This document shows, piece after piece, positions 13,165-43,516 of a DNA stretch of 64,000 nt. A model generated the notes under the pieces. The model was given only the letters and a program-made list of their open reading frames with translations, was not told where the DNA came from and did no database searches. This DNA comes from Amoebidium appalachense (taxonomy: Eukaryota > Protista > Ichthyosporea). The stretch spans positions 5,311,264 to 5,375,263 of the forward strand of contig CAVNZM010000006.1 in NCBI GenBank assembly GCA_963693365.1, in the 5' to 3' direction. The number at the start of each line of letters is the position of its first letter. Within the stretch, counting starts at the first letter, position 1. A program made the translations under genes and the position numbers.

Positions 13165-15017
13165 TTTTTTTTTTTTAATTACCCAATACCGTGACACCCT
13201 AGACTACCCCTTCCCAGCCAGACCTTCACCGAGCCTCGATGCGGCCTAACCAGAGCAGAATAAACTCGCTGTGAGCCGGGCTATTCTGTAAACAGATGAA
13301 TTATTCTCCACAAAACAGAGTTATTGCGCAAGAATGCAGCTAAATCAAGCAAGAAAGCAATATTATTCTGCTTACGACCGCGGAAATTATCCTGCCAAAA
13401 AAAAAAAAAAAGAGCTGAATTTGTTTTCTGCGTTTAGCAGAGTAGCAGAGTAATCACAATTAATTGCGGAATATTTTTCTTCTGCAAAAGCGGAAATAAT
13501 ATTGTACAAAGAAGCAAAAAGGCAGGTTTCTTCCCGGGAAAAAAGCAGAATCATTCTGCAAATTGCCTGCAAAAAGCAGAATAATTCTTTGCCCGTCAGA
13601 GTGATTCTGTGTCTCTGCTGGTGTGGCACTTGCAGGGCCTTCCCTCTGAATTCTCAACATGATGCCTAGATTTCCTCGAATCTGTTTTCTTGTTCTGAGA
13701 AATTATCGAATTCGAATCACACGAACACGAATGGCTCCGCTCGAGCCACCGGGTACATAGCTACCTTAGCTTGAGGGTAAACGAATGTCCATAACAAAGG
13801 GGAAGCGTTTTTTAGAGCTTGTTTAACTGGATCAGCGAGGGGCACATCCTTCAGAAGGCAGCGTTGTTGTCAAGGTATGGTGAATAGCTGCCTGCCGGTC
13901 ATGATTCAGGGCTTGTGTGTGTGAGTGTGCGTGAGGCACAAATAAGGGTGAGGGAAGGATGTGGGGAGAAGGAGCTGAAGGTGAAGAAGGGGGGGGGGGG
14001 GGGGGGGGCGGGGGGGGTAAGGGGGAGTGAAGGAGAAGGGCGAGGAGAGAGGGGTAGGGGGCTGGGGATGGCGGGAGATGGGGAGAAAAAGAGTTTGGGG
14101 TTGGGGGGAGCACGTGGTTGTGGTATGGCTGTGCCGGCGATTGAAAAATTTAAAGCAGGTGACCGGGCAAGGAACACAGGGCGAGGTGAGGGGGAATTAG
14201 AAGGAGGAGGTGGTAGTAGTGATGGCAGTGGTGGTGGTGATGGTGGTAGGGTATGTGTGTGTGTATGTGTGTGTGTGGGGGGGAGGGGGGCAGGGGGAAG
14301 GGTATGGGGCATGGAGGGAGGGGCGGGGGGGTAAGGGAAAGGGGAGGGAAGGGGAGGAGGACTAGTGGCGGACAGGCTGTTGTCTATGGTGGAGGTGCGG
14401 AGGCTGAAAAGACAAAGTAAGAGTTCGAAAGTTTTAAGCAGGGTGAAAGGACAAAAAAGTAAGAGATAAGAAATAAATAACAGTTAGGCAGACTTTGCGA
14501 CACGACGTGAGAGATCATAGCTTGTCGCCAAAAGAGAACGAACGAAGAAGGCATGATAGGAATTGCTTGGTATGAAGCACATTCTCTCTGCATAATTATA
14601 TTCACTGCATAGAACTTTATGGAACATAAACTCGAAAAAAATGCAATATTGTACTTTGTACCTGGATATTGCATTCCATCCCTGTCCCCCCCCCCCCCCC
14701 CCCCTCCCCCCCCCCTCTGCCCCCTTTCTTCCTCGAACCCATCTAGTGCATGGTCCGCTTTCCATCACCAAACTTTTTCTTTATTTCGGGGTTTTTATTT
14801 TTTCATTCCCTTTAATGCATGTTGTTCTCTGCGTCCCCCTCCCCCCTCCCCCCGCGCCCCAGACCCCGCCCCTGCCTCGCCCCTGCCCCCGCAACCTCCT
14901 CGCCTGAACCACCCCTTCCCCCCCCCCCCCCCTGCGCCTCCCTTCCCTCCTCCCCCTTCCTCCCGACCCTAGCAATACCCCCAAATTTCCCTATGCTCCC
15001 CTCCTCTTCCGACCCCA

Positions 15018-15051
<34 letters not shown>

Positions 15052-15130
15052 CTTAACCCTTTCTTCCTTTCCTAACTTATTAACCATTTCCCCCTCTCAG
15101 TTTCTGTCGTCCGCACTGCAAAAAACGAAA

Positions 15131-15533
15131 ATGTCTCCGGCCACACAATCAAATGGGCCACGAAGGACTTTGGCAGTTTACTCAAAGGCATTGGCTGCTT
15201 GCTCAACCCAGGTGGGATTTACCCGAATAATTGGGTATTTTAAGGTGTATTTTTCGGTTATTATGATATATCGCAATGAGGTATGCTCGGCCCACGTGTT
15301 TTTTCTGACAGTTTTTTTTTGGTTCTTTTGATAATCCGTGATAAATATCTTTCTTCTGTGTTAAAACGGTAAAGAAGTTTTTTCGAGTACTCCTGGATAT
15401 TAAAGGGAAGGAAAGAAATTATCACGGAATATCGGGTTTTGTGTGTGTGTTTGTTTTCTTTTCTTTTCTTCTTTTCTTTCTTTTCTTTTCTTTTCTTTTC
15501 TTTTCTTTCTTTCTTTCTTTCTTTCCTTTTTTT

Positions 15534-15593
<60 letters not shown>

Positions 15594-15784
15594 CCGGAAG
15601 GCGGATTACCTTATGTTTTTTCGAGTACTCCTGGATATTAAAGGGAAGGAAAGGAATTATCACGGAATATCGGGTTTTGTGTGTGTGTTTGTTTTCTTTT
15701 CTTTTCTTCTTTTCTTTCTTTTCTTTTCTTTTCTTTTCTTTTCTTTCTTTCTTTCTTTCTTTCCTTTTTTTTTTTTTTTTGTGT

Positions 15785-15832
<48 letters not shown>

Positions 15833-15901
15833 CCGGAAGGCGGATTACCTTATGTACCGTCTATCCCTCCCCCCTTCCTCCTGCCTGCGTCTGTTATTTG
15901 A

Positions 15902-15947
<46 letters not shown>

Positions 15948-16025
15948 CTCCCCCCCCCCCCCCCCCCTCCTTGCCCTTATCGGTTATACGAAAGCTTGTG
16001 CCTCACCTCCTTGACCACTACAGAT

Positions 16026-16086
<61 letters not shown>

Positions 16087-17004
16087 AAAAAAAAAGAAAA
16101 AAAAAAAGAAAAAGAAAAAGGAAGAAAGAAAGAAAAGAAAGAAAGAAAGAAAAAGGCATGAAACCTCCCCCCCCCCCCATCCCCCTCCCCCCTTCACCCC
16201 GACCTCTCTTCCCCCCCCCCCCCCCCCCCCCTCCTTCGTCTCCCCCTCCCCCTCCCCCCGCCCCCCACTAGCCTCCCCCCTCCCCCCCCCCCTCCCTGGT
16301 AAGTGTTAGCTGGGTGGTGGTAGCAGCTATGGTAGTTGTGGAGCTGGAGGAGGAGGAGGAGGGGGAGGAGGAGGAGGAGGGGGGGGGGGGGAAGGGGGAG
16401 GGGGGGTTGGGGGAGGGGGGTGGATTCATAGATGGCCGGTCATTCATATATGTACTCCTTTTACTCATTTTTTTTGTCTGTCTAGCTGATTCAGAAAAGG
16501 CTCTCCATGCGGGTGTATTTGCAATTCCAAGACCAACCCCTCTGCTTTCTTTGCATGCAACATGCAAGGCTCTGTTTTTGGCAGGTGTGCATACATACGT
16601 GTGGCTCATGGTTATATCTCTGACCAAAAAGGCTTCACTCAGCTCCGGGTTTCCCTCCCCCCCCCCCCCCCCCCCCCCTTTTTTTTTTTCTTTTCTTTTC
16701 TTTTTTTTCTTTTTCTTTTTCTTCTTTTCTTTGCTTTTTTCCCCATGTGGCTCAATGGTCACATCTCTGTCCGAAAAGGCTTCACTCAGCTCCCGGTTTC
16801 CTCGCCCCCTTTTTCTTTTCTTTCCTTTTCTTTTCTTTTTCTTTTTCTCTGTTTTTTTTCCCCACGTCACTCTGACAACACACACACTAACATGAAATTT
16901 AGGCGCTGGCTTACGGCAAGTGTGTGTCTGCAAAGGCCGACTCCGTGACTCAGAACATGTGTGCCTCCGAGTTTCAAGCATTCAAGGAGTGTGCTTCAAA
17001 GGCT
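15131..17004 (+). CDS. NDUFAF8: NADH dehydrogenase complex I assembly factor 8-like twin CX9C protein; terminal exon unresolved
   Basis: Exon 15131-15211 (MSPATQSNGPRRTLAVYSKALAACSTQ) and exon 16903-17004 (ALAYGKCVSAKADSVTQNMCASEFQAFKECASKA) join at GT-AG in phase 0. The twin CX9C and the ACxxxAxxYGxCV...CxxEFxAxxxC pattern match NDUFAF8. Confidence 0.85.
15377..15855. repeat. Tandem duplication (~240-bp unit, 2 copies) in NDUFAF8 intron 1
   Basis: TTTTCGAGTACTCCTGGATATTAAAGGGAAGG...(TTTC)n..(GT)n..poly-G..CAGTCCGGAAGGCGGATTACCTTATGT occurs twice head-to-tail. Confidence 0.9.
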
Positions 17005-17124
17005 GTATGTGCCCTCCCCCCCCCCCCCCCCCCCCCCCCCCGCCCTCCCGAGCCGCGAACTTCTTGCTGGATTGTAAATACACCCCCCCCCCCCCCTCCC
17101 CACCTTTTTTCTTTCATATATCCT

Positions 17125-17157
<33 letters not shown>

Positions 17158-17521
17158 ACAAACCCTCGAATTTCTTGCTGGATTGTAAATACCACCCTCG
17201 ACCCCTTCCCCCCATTTCCCATCTTTTCTCTCTCATATATCCCTTCCCCCCCCACCCCCACCCCCCTCCCCCCGCCCCTCCTCTTCGTGTTTACCCACCC
17301 ACTGGGCTATCTTCATACACCGTTACACTAGCCTTTTCAGTTTTAATACCAACCCTCTTATAAACCTTTGACCGTGCATGTTCTTAGGCATGTGTGTCCT
17401 CGTGTGCACCTGTACAGACATGTACATGAACGTGTGGTTGTGATAAACGTTGTTTGTATGCAAGCTTTTTCAGGCTCCGCACACAGGAGGGAAGGGGGGG
17501 GGGGGGGGGAGAAGGAGGCGG

Positions 17522-17557
<36 letters not shown>

Positions 17558-17704
17558 CTCTATGCCTGCCTTGCTGACAGACTGAGTGGAAATATGTTGC
17601 TGTAGGGAGGAAGGGGGGGGGGGGGGGGGGGGGGGGCTTCCGTTTTTTTTTTTTTTTTTTTTTTTTTGGGGGGGGGGGGGGTTGTTGTGTGTATTTGTGT
17701 GTGT

Positions 17705-17785
<81 letters not shown>

Positions 17786-18714
17786 AGGGGGGGGGGAGGG
17801 GAGGAGGGAGGACACATGTGTTCTTTCCTACCCACAACCACTGGGGTTCTTTATTTAATACTCCAGAATTAAAGAGCCACACTGGTATTTTACTGTAGGT
17901 TTTCATGTCTTTCCGAGCCTGATCCATTTGTCTTGGTGGGAGCAGATGAAGCGATAGGGCACAGATGTGTCATCAAGGCAGCTGTTAGCCCGTCCTCAGA
18001 TCTAGAGCCATTCCAGCAAGCCAAAGCTTTCATCATCACAAGTCAGAGCTGCAAGGAGTCACTGGAACCGGTGGCAGGAGACAACAACCAATGATCCCGA
18101 CAACAACTCCGTTGGAGGCAGATATTGCCTGTTACGGTGTACATGTGCTAGGTTTGTGCCACGGTTTGACAACTTGTTTGATGGTTAATCCCAGGTGATA
18201 CGAGCGAATGTTTATCTCGGGTTCTAAACAAAAATTTCCAGGCGTCTCTCTAGTTTACATGCATGCCGTGTGGGCTTTATCGACTTCTGTATATTTGGCT
18301 CACATTTTTCGTTTAAATTTACAATTCGTTTTCGAGTTCGATAATGGTAGCTTGAAGGTGTGTTGAATTTCTAGGGACGTGTGGAGGGGAGGCTGTTCAC
18401 GGTTTCTTTTACCTCCCTTTCCTGCCCTGTAGCAAAATGAAATTAGCATGATACAGTAGTTTCAAGTGTGTGTATCACCTGAAAACCCCAATGACTATGT
18501 TCAAGTAATTTTTGGAAGGAGTTAGCGGTATAATAAATTCACTGATCCATGACGTGTGTACTTTTCCTACAAAATTGGCAGGCAGAGAGGGACAGAGTGT
18601 GCATTATTGCAAGTTGTACCGATGATGGACAACGAGTTTGGTTTTCGTTATCACTGCGACAGCATGTACATGATCCCTCCCCCCCCCCCCCCCCTCCCCC
18701 CACCCCAAACACAA

Positions 18715-18828
<114 letters not shown>

Positions 18829-20298
18829 ACACACAACACACACCTCTCCCACCCACCATCACCACCGGTACCATCATTACGTATACTATAGCCGCCAGCA
18901 CAGACCTTCAAATCTCTACCTGAACATTTCTCTGGCTCATCGAACACTACTAAGGGCCGGGGAGTTGGGCCGGGGCACTAGGGTTGGCAATCGAAGACCC
19001 CTTATATCTGTTATTATGTCTGATCACTCTTTTATATAACTATCAGGTTCCGAGTCTGATCTACACATAGCAATGATACGTCTACTCACGCATGCTACAA
19101 GCCCTTCGAGACTCCTCAGAAGTGGAATACATGACATGATCAGTAGCCTCTCCTCATGAGCTCATGCACGAAAAGTTTAGATCTCGAGGAATCGGCCGAA
19201 ATTTTCACGATTTTGTTAAAAAACCGTGTCAAATCTCCACAACTGATGTATACAGATTATCTTGTGAATTCGTCTTCTGGATATATAACTTGCTTGGTGG
19301 ATTTATTGTTGGCCTTGGTGCCGGCACCTCACCACAGCTCACACGCACTCATGGTGGGAACAGGTCTTTCCCCCCGGAGAAAACCAGCGGATTCCCCCTC
19401 AACTTTGCAAAGCCTCTGTTGTCTGTCTGTGGCAGTACGTCCAGTACGGTCTGACGGTACAGTAGCGCGCCGCGCGGCTGAGCTTTCGTCATCTCCGAGT
19501 CACAGTGAAAAATACCGGGACAGTATAAAGGAACCAATCGCAATGCTTTGGTTTGCGCAACCTAGTCTTCCTAAACTGTTTCTAAACCCTGTAAATTCAA
19601 AAGGCAATTTACAATAAACTAAAACAAAGCTAGACCAACTTCAATGGTTTAAGGATTAAATAAAGCACCATAATAACAGTTTATTTGTTATTTATATTTA
19701 TACTGTCGGTGCTGTGTGGTAGACGGTAGTTTCCCTAGAGAGCCTGAAAAGGCCCTCCGGGAACAAAACGATAAAATAAAATAAAATGTTACATATATTT
19801 ATAAAAGTACATTTTAATTTTTTATGGGGGTAAATATTAGTTGGTATGTTGAATCATAGAATTTCTCAATCAACCAAACTGCAAGACCCCGCGACTTTGA
19901 ACGGCTCTAGCAGCCGATCTCTTATCTTTCAATGGCCAATGAATGGACTATGCGACTCCCCATATTTGGTAATGTTTTAGATGAAGATCCGAAGAAAAGA
20001 TCAGTTTGTGGAAAACCGTTGCACACACGGAAAGAAAATCAAAGCAAAGAGGTTGCAAAACGGAAAAGCAGATTCATGACACCTGGGTGAACTCATTGTT
20101 TTGGCGTTGGGCCAATGTTTGTACTTTTCACTTTTGTCAAACAGCCGATACTAAGCACATTCACCGTTAGCGTCGCTAATTTAGCATAAAACGACCTTCG
20201 TTCAACGTTTGCGAGCAGCGGTACGATCAATCATGTTCCACGAATGATTCCTGAAAAAGCGTGTGATGAGAACATCGTGGATTTAAAGGCTTGGTAAA

Positions 20299-36253
<15,955 letters not shown>

Positions 36254-36795
36254 AAATAGTGATTTATTTAGATCTATGGATAGTAATTAATTAGTTTTTG
36301 TGATTAGTTATTGATATATGGTCATTGGTTACGTAGTGTCATGATGTAATATAGTTGCGGCGATTTTGACCTTCCAAATGTTATGTATGCCTAGAGTAAG
36401 TTGTGCTTGTGCACAGTAGGTGTGCAATACGCAACTGCAAATGGTGATTTTGAGATATAACGAGTATCTTCAGTAAGTAAATGTTTCTTTTTTGCTACTA
36501 TATGCTTGCAGCGACCTGGTTGCTGTATAGAATAACATAACACCGATGTAGGATTTGTCCCGAATATGTCTTTGGGTTCTTTGTGGAACCAGATAGTATA
36601 TTAGAACTGCAATAGTTGGCGGCCAGTAGTGTTGCTATTATGTTTCAACTTGTTACCACTTGGATATGTAAGCACCCGTAACGGTCCACAAGTAATGAAA
36701 CACATACAAATGGTACACACAGACGGTTGCATTGAACCTACACACATGCTGATATCAATAACACACACACCAGCGCAAACACCTACACACACAGT

Positions 36796-36836
<41 letters not shown>

Positions 36837-37224
36837 TACACACACAAACACACCCTTCCCCCCCCCCTCCCCCCTCTTACACACGCACATGTGCGTATGC
36901 ACACACATACATACACACATCCACGTACCACGTACACACGCGCACACACCTTGTACATACGGACTAACACATGTACTCGTACGGTCATCACTTTTTTCGT
37001 GAGTACTTGCCAGACATATACAGCAGATACACGCATACATACTTGCATGCACAAATCCAGTGTGGTCTATAGCTATAGTTTTGGGCCGTGAACTAATTTC
37101 ATAATTTGCGAAAAGTAGCCGTTTCGAATTAGACGGCTGCTCACCTTCATTGATATATTTACATATGCATGTACTGACTGATGATCGGGAAGTGACTCAG
37201 TAACGGGACTTCAGGATAAGTGAT

Positions 37225-37258
<34 letters not shown>

Positions 37259-37353
37259 GGAGGATTGTGAGCGGTACCTATGCGTGGTGTGCTGTGGGTC
37301 ACGGTTGTGGCGGCCCCAAGTGGTGTGTGTGTGTGCGTTGTTGTTGTTGTTGT

Positions 37354-37390
<37 letters not shown>

Positions 37391-37705
37391 GAGTACAGAT
37401 GCCGCCACCACTTTGCTGTACGGTAGAATGAATGAATGCACTGCAATGAGTGAAAAATGAGTGAGAGAGAAAAGGGGGGGGGGGGGGGGGGGGGGGAAGG
37501 GGAGGGAGGGGGTGGAGAGAGGGAGAGAGAGAGAAAGAGATAGAAGGGGGGAGAGGGAGAGAGAGAGAGAGAGGGAGAGAGAGAGAGGGGGGGGGGGGGG
37601 GGGGGGGGAGAGAGAGAGGCTAGAGAGGGAGGCCCGGGAGGGAGGGAGGGAGGGAGGGAGGCCGGGCCCGGGAGGGAGAGAGAGAGCGCGGAGAGAGAGA
37701 GATCT

Positions 37706-37740
<35 letters not shown>

Positions 37741-38331
37741 ATGTACGTAGGTGTGTGGCGTAACGGTGTGTGTTAGTGTGTGGTTGTGTGTTTGGCACAT
37801 ACACACCAAAAAGCACAAATTGAAGGGAGGGGGAACGGGAAGGTCGGGTGGGAGGCCCACGCTAGGGGGGCAAGGAACAAGCTTAAGACTTGCGAAAGCA
37901 ATGGCACCTAAAGGTTCAATCTACAACGCCTTGAACGGAAAGCCACCAAAAACCTTATTGAGTGGCACACGTGCACACAGTCAAATTTATATCTCTGATT
38001 TCAATGCCCGAAGTATAAACTGTGCAAACTTCCCCCGACGGATCAATGCAAGGAAGCACCAGTCACTCCAAAAAGGGAAAAAAGGAAGAAACCCAACATT
38101 ATTGTTATGCCAACATATACATAATACTAAGGTGAAAAAAATATTATGTAAGAGTATATTTGCTCTGTACATAAATCATATATCTTGGTGGAAATCATAT
38201 CCTGGCCCAAGACATCCTTCCAGAACTATGGGGCCCACGTACACCAAGTCGGACTCCTCGACCGTTGCTTACTCTGGAAAATTTGACGTGGACAAATTTT
38301 TTTATAACAGTCGACGGGGGAAAAAAAAAAA

Positions 38332-38367
<36 letters not shown>

Positions 38368-38571
38368 GGATGAAAGGGGGTGGAAAAAAGGTGCATGATA
38401 TTCTCGAAGACATGTTTCTTTTCGCTCTGACCTTTAGCTGGGAGAAAAAAGGGTGCCAGAACAGGTTTCTGAGCTTCAGACACGAGATTTCTCTATACTC
38501 CTCCTTTTTATTTTACATATATACCCTACAGAGCTTGTCCTTGTGTGACAAGCGGATCACCGCAGTAAACA

Positions 38572-38840
38572 TTTAGGAGAAAAAAGCCCAGGGTTTGTAG
38601 ATTTTTCACAAACTTGGCGACCGTGCAGTATGATATAAACCCATCCATTTGCAATTGGTGTGGACACGGAAAGACATGTAATATGTGTGTGTGTGCGTGT
38701 TCTAAAAAATTAGGGGAAAAAAGCCCCGGGTTTGTAGATTTTTCATAAACGTGACGACCGTGCATCATGATACAAAAATATCAAATTGCACTTGGTGTGG
38801 ACACGGAAAGCCATGTAATACGTGTGCGCGCGTGTTCATA
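38572..38840. repeat. Tandem duplication (~135-bp unit, 2 diverged copies)
   Basis: TTAGG.GAAAAAAGCCC.GGGTTTGTAGATTTTTCA...GACCGTGCA...TTGGTGTGGACACGGAAAG.CATGTAATA occurs twice. Confidence 0.85.
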
Positions 38841-39839
38841 TGTATTACACAAGTTCATATAGTGTATAAATTTTGTGACGCATGTAGGGGTAAACCTGCG
38901 AATCGTGAGAACTTTTCCCAGAAACTCGTATATCTTGTGAAGGGATGATTATTTTTAAAAGCGGAAAAACGGCCCGGGTACCATATCAGGAGCGGGCAAT
39001 TTTTGAATTCTCCCTCCCCGGCCCCGCCGGGGAAAATTTGAGGTTTTTGGACCTCAAAGAAGTCAAATCCTGCAAAATCCACTACCGGGAGGCCAAAAAG
39101 GGTGATTTCACAAAAAAGCAGGGTCATACATGAAAATGAGAAAATGGACGAGTTCAGTGGGCTGCCGATAAGTATATTTCGTGCTGGGCCGGTATACATG
39201 CTGCCGTGGTTGTTGCTCTAGACGGCAGTATGACATTGCATGTGCCACGTGACCTGCACGTGAATGCGACCATGTGCAGGCACTGAGTCTAGGGGGATTT
39301 TTGTGTGTGTTTTGGAGCACCGACAAGGCAGAGCCAGGGTGAGGGATGTGTAAACATGGAGTTTAGGGAGATCGTGCTGCTATTGTAACATGTGCACAAA
39401 AACAGCCACGTGCACCACACTCCGGTGTACAGAACAATAATATGCACATGCGTCACTGTAATACCATGTATGCGCATGCCGCACAAGGTTTAGGAGACCA
39501 CCACAGTAGATACTATTTTCTTTTGGTTGATATCCATGTAGGAATGGTGTGTTGCAGTTGTCATGATCAGCCTGAGGCAGGCACGTGCACTCAGTGAATT
39601 ACTAGAACTCATGAATAAAAAATACATTCGCTAAAAATGGCAAGGTAAATTTGGGCCAAGCTATTATTTCCCCCTTTTAAACGTTTTTTTAGCTCCAAGA
39701 ACTTCGACGCCAAAATTTCTATATTTGGCCATCGTATATGATAATGAACACGTGTACTTAAAGTAGTTATATAAATATGAGCGGCCCGTTACAAATACAG
39801 TGACGAAAAGCAGTGACCCACGAGCAGTTTTTCTTTGTA

Positions 39840-39901
<62 letters not shown>

Positions 39902-41152
39902 CAGACACACACACCACCACCACGGTGACCACAACCACCACCACCACCACCACTCACCCCCCCAAAAACCACACACATGCGTGCACGTGTACACACACAC
40001 ACACACAGAACACCACCACCACCTCCACTGGACCCCATTTCCTCGTTGTTTTCTTAAGCCTTCAGACCAGTCCTGTACACTGGAGTTAAATAATTGAATT
40101 CACCTAGGCTGACATGCATCCACCCCCGCCTTCCACTTCCCTCCCCCCCACCCCCACCCCCACCCCCCCCCACCCCCACCCCCTCCCCCTCAATGAAGAA
40201 GGGCCCCCGTAAGCCTTGGGGGGGGAGGGGGGGGGGGGGGAAGGGGAAGGGGGAGCTCTGGAGCCTCCGGGTAGGGAAGTGGGGTCCGGGGATCCGGAGG
40301 GGGGGGGGGGGGGAGGGGGCATATAATATTGGGCCTAGATATCATAGTATGGGGCCCCGGGGGAGGGAGAGGTGGGAGGGGGGGGGGGGGGGGAGGGGGG
40401 GGGGGGGGGGGGGAGGATCCACGGGAAGACCTTTAGGTGCATGTTCTTATTTATACCCCCTTCGAATCATCCCCCCCCCCCCCTGAGTGCAGGCCGTGAC
40501 GTAGCTACGGTAACCCTGCAGAAGGCAACAAAAATGTATTAATTACTAGCACTGTACATCATCGGTGTTCATAGTGTAGCTTGCACCACGCATGATCACT
40601 TTAAAGTAGTCACAAAGTTTAGTTATTTTCATTATTTTCATTGCTCTGAACTCTATTACTCTGAAACGATCACCGTGCATGTGCCGCAAGATAACAACCC
40701 TATATGTGTGCAGCTGCAGCCTGCAGGTTAGACTCGCTGAAAAGACAATTGTCAGTGTGCATCCGACGCTTGCAGCTGCAGCTAGCCTCTGCAACATTAA
40801 TACTTGCCAAGTGAATGCTCTTACACTTGATCATCATTCACTCAAAAAACCGAGGGCCGACAGATTAAATATTAATGTCGATCCGAATGATCAGCAAGTG
40901 TCTACCGTGTACTACTATATACACACACGTTAAAAAGCGCAGCTATCAGTTACAAGGCACACCTGCTGCACTGGCACACACACACATACACACCGGCAGA
41001 TACTGTCAAAATTTACTTTCATGTACTTCCTCGGTCCGACACAGGTGCACATGAACACGTACATATGTACAAGCCGCGCACACACCACACCACACACACA
41101 CACGCACACACACGCACACACATGCACACACGCACACACGCACGCACACACA

Positions 41153-41184
<32 letters not shown>

Positions 41185-41189
41185 CACGT

Positions 41190-41262
<73 letters not shown>

Positions 41263-41588
41263 ATACACACACACACACATCACTGGGTGCGCTCGCTGGG
41301 GATTAGTTTTTTGGCACACTGTTGACTTTATCGTGTGTTTATTATTTGCCATTTATTGGCCAGCGGCCAACATTTATAAATATATATACCTAAAAATAAA
41401 TACTGACTGCGGCCAGCAGACATTATACACCTTCCAGGACACATAAACACCAATAGTCTAACACACCATACTCTCGATCACAAAGAATTACTAACAAACA
41501 GAGAAAAGTGCAATGGCTCTGTACTATTACTCAGATTCTAAATTTTAATTTCTAACAGTAAACTTCGGAATGAAAGCTAGCCCCCCCC

Positions 41589-41622
<34 letters not shown>

Positions 41623-41701
41623 CATGACTGTACGAAGAACAGGTATAACTTGAAGCGCTACAACACATATGAGATCCGTTACATTGGTGTACATTCCAAT
41701 A

Positions 41702-43357
41702 TCAGACACTAGTTTGGCTACTCTGACTACTCTGAGATCCTGATTGGCTGCCTGCACACTTGCGGCCACGGTTACTTTGCTTTCGATCGTGCCATTGCAG
41801 CTGCGTCTCTCCAGCAGGTGGCAACGCCAGGCCCAGCACAGCAGATGCACGAGAAGGGGGTGGGAACTGCCCACCAGCCGAGGGCTGGCCCACATGGCCC
41901 AAGTAAGGATGGGGACCGTGCTGCGGCAGTAGCCCAGGCATGGGGAAGGCAGGGCCGGGCTGAGGCGGCATGATGCCCCACGGTGGGGGCCAGCCATGTG
42001 GGTGGTGCGGGCCTGGATGGGGTGCAGGGGGCATGTGCGGCACATGGCCCTGCTGCATGTCAAGCGCGGGTGCTGGTGGCATGGCATCCTGATTGGCTGC
42101 AACCCAACGTGGGCAGCTCTTGGCCCGATTGGAGCCGGGGCAGCCCTTGCCCTGGCGGCCACACGTCTTGCAGGTCTTGGGGGCTCTCTGGGGTGGCTGC
42201 ATAGGAGGGGCCACCGGCAAATCCATCTGCAGGGGCCCCTCAGGCCCAATGTCGCGATGCTTCTTGCCCACACGCATGGGCAAGGGCCGCTCACGCTGCG
42301 CCCCTGCATCGACACCGTCTGGAACAGGGAGGGGTGGCAGGGGGGCAGGCCGTATGGTTGCTGGCACAGCGTCTGCCCTCTCCTCGCGCATACGCTTGCG
42401 GTGATCTGCCAGGCCCTCGTGTGTGGAGCGCTGTGCATGTGCCGTCTGCCAGGTCTTCCACTTGTCGAAATGCTTCTTGATGTAGGCCGCATCCTTCATG
42501 TAGATTCCCCCAGCCACAGAGACAGCCTTGTTAAAGTCTTGGGCCAAAGCCTCGAACAGCTGGCCGTTGGGCTTTGCATGTGCCTTGTAGGTGCCCAGGA
42601 GCAGCGTGCTGAATAGCTTGCGCTCCTGAGGGGTAAGCACCGGAAGGAAGGGGATGGCCACATGTTGCTTCTGCGCCAGGAACTTGTAGTCGCCCCTCAG
42701 TGCAGGGTCCGGCTGTGGTGCACCACGCGCCGCCTGGTTGCCCCACACCCCCATGGCAGCACCGTCACCCTCCTCGACCTCACAGTCCTCTGGCCCGCCC
42801 ATCACGCCATTGGCTGCAGGCTCGTTGTTATCAGACGGAGGTGGGGGTGCGGGCACCGCAACTGGCTCCTGCGCCGGGGCATTGGCCACACAGGAGAGCG
42901 GGGCAAAGTTGAAGTACTCCTCCGGTAGCTTGTAGCAGCCCACGGGTACCCACTGGGGGTCGAGGTGATGGCCGTACAGCATCAGGGCCAGTGCCTCCAT
43001 GTCGTCCACAATCCAGGGGCTGTAGTGGGGGGGGCCCGATGCCTGGCCCAGGCGGTTGCGGTAGTGTGCACGCAGGTTGTGGCGGTGGCGCCTATTGGAC
43101 ATGGTGGCGTCCAGCAGGCGCAGCGACATGCGTGTGGCCCCAAAGTGGGTGGCCAGGGGGTTGTGCACTGCCCCCTCCACCTCGTTGGTGCCCCGGATGC
43201 AGCGGTAGCGCATGAGCCCATCTGCGTCGGCAGTGGTCTCGTAGTAGAGGGGCAGGCCGGGGGGGTCCGACAGACAGCCATTTTGGGCGTGTTCGAGCAG
43301 CGACTGTGGGGGCACAAGCAAACACCAGAGAGATGGGTGGGTGGTGGTGGTGGTAGT

Positions 43358-43388
<31 letters not shown>

Positions 43389-43463
43389 GGATGGGGTTGC
43401 TAAGGACAAAAAGGAGCAGGGAAAGGCAAAAAACAACTGGCTAGGCAGCAACGGCGGTGCGGG

Positions 43464-43516
<53 letters not shown>

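Noticed and set aside
19156-19617. 153-aa plus-strand ORF upstream of the kinase
   Set aside because: No recognisable motif, the antisense frame has several stops, and no splice partners were found.
37751-38398. 215-aa ORF between the kinase and the transposon
   Set aside because: It starts and ends in microsatellite or homopolymer sequence and shows no domain similarity I can recognise.
41545-43444. Multiple long overlapping ORFs in other frames and on the plus strand
   Set aside because: They are shadow ORFs of the GC-rich transposase exon.
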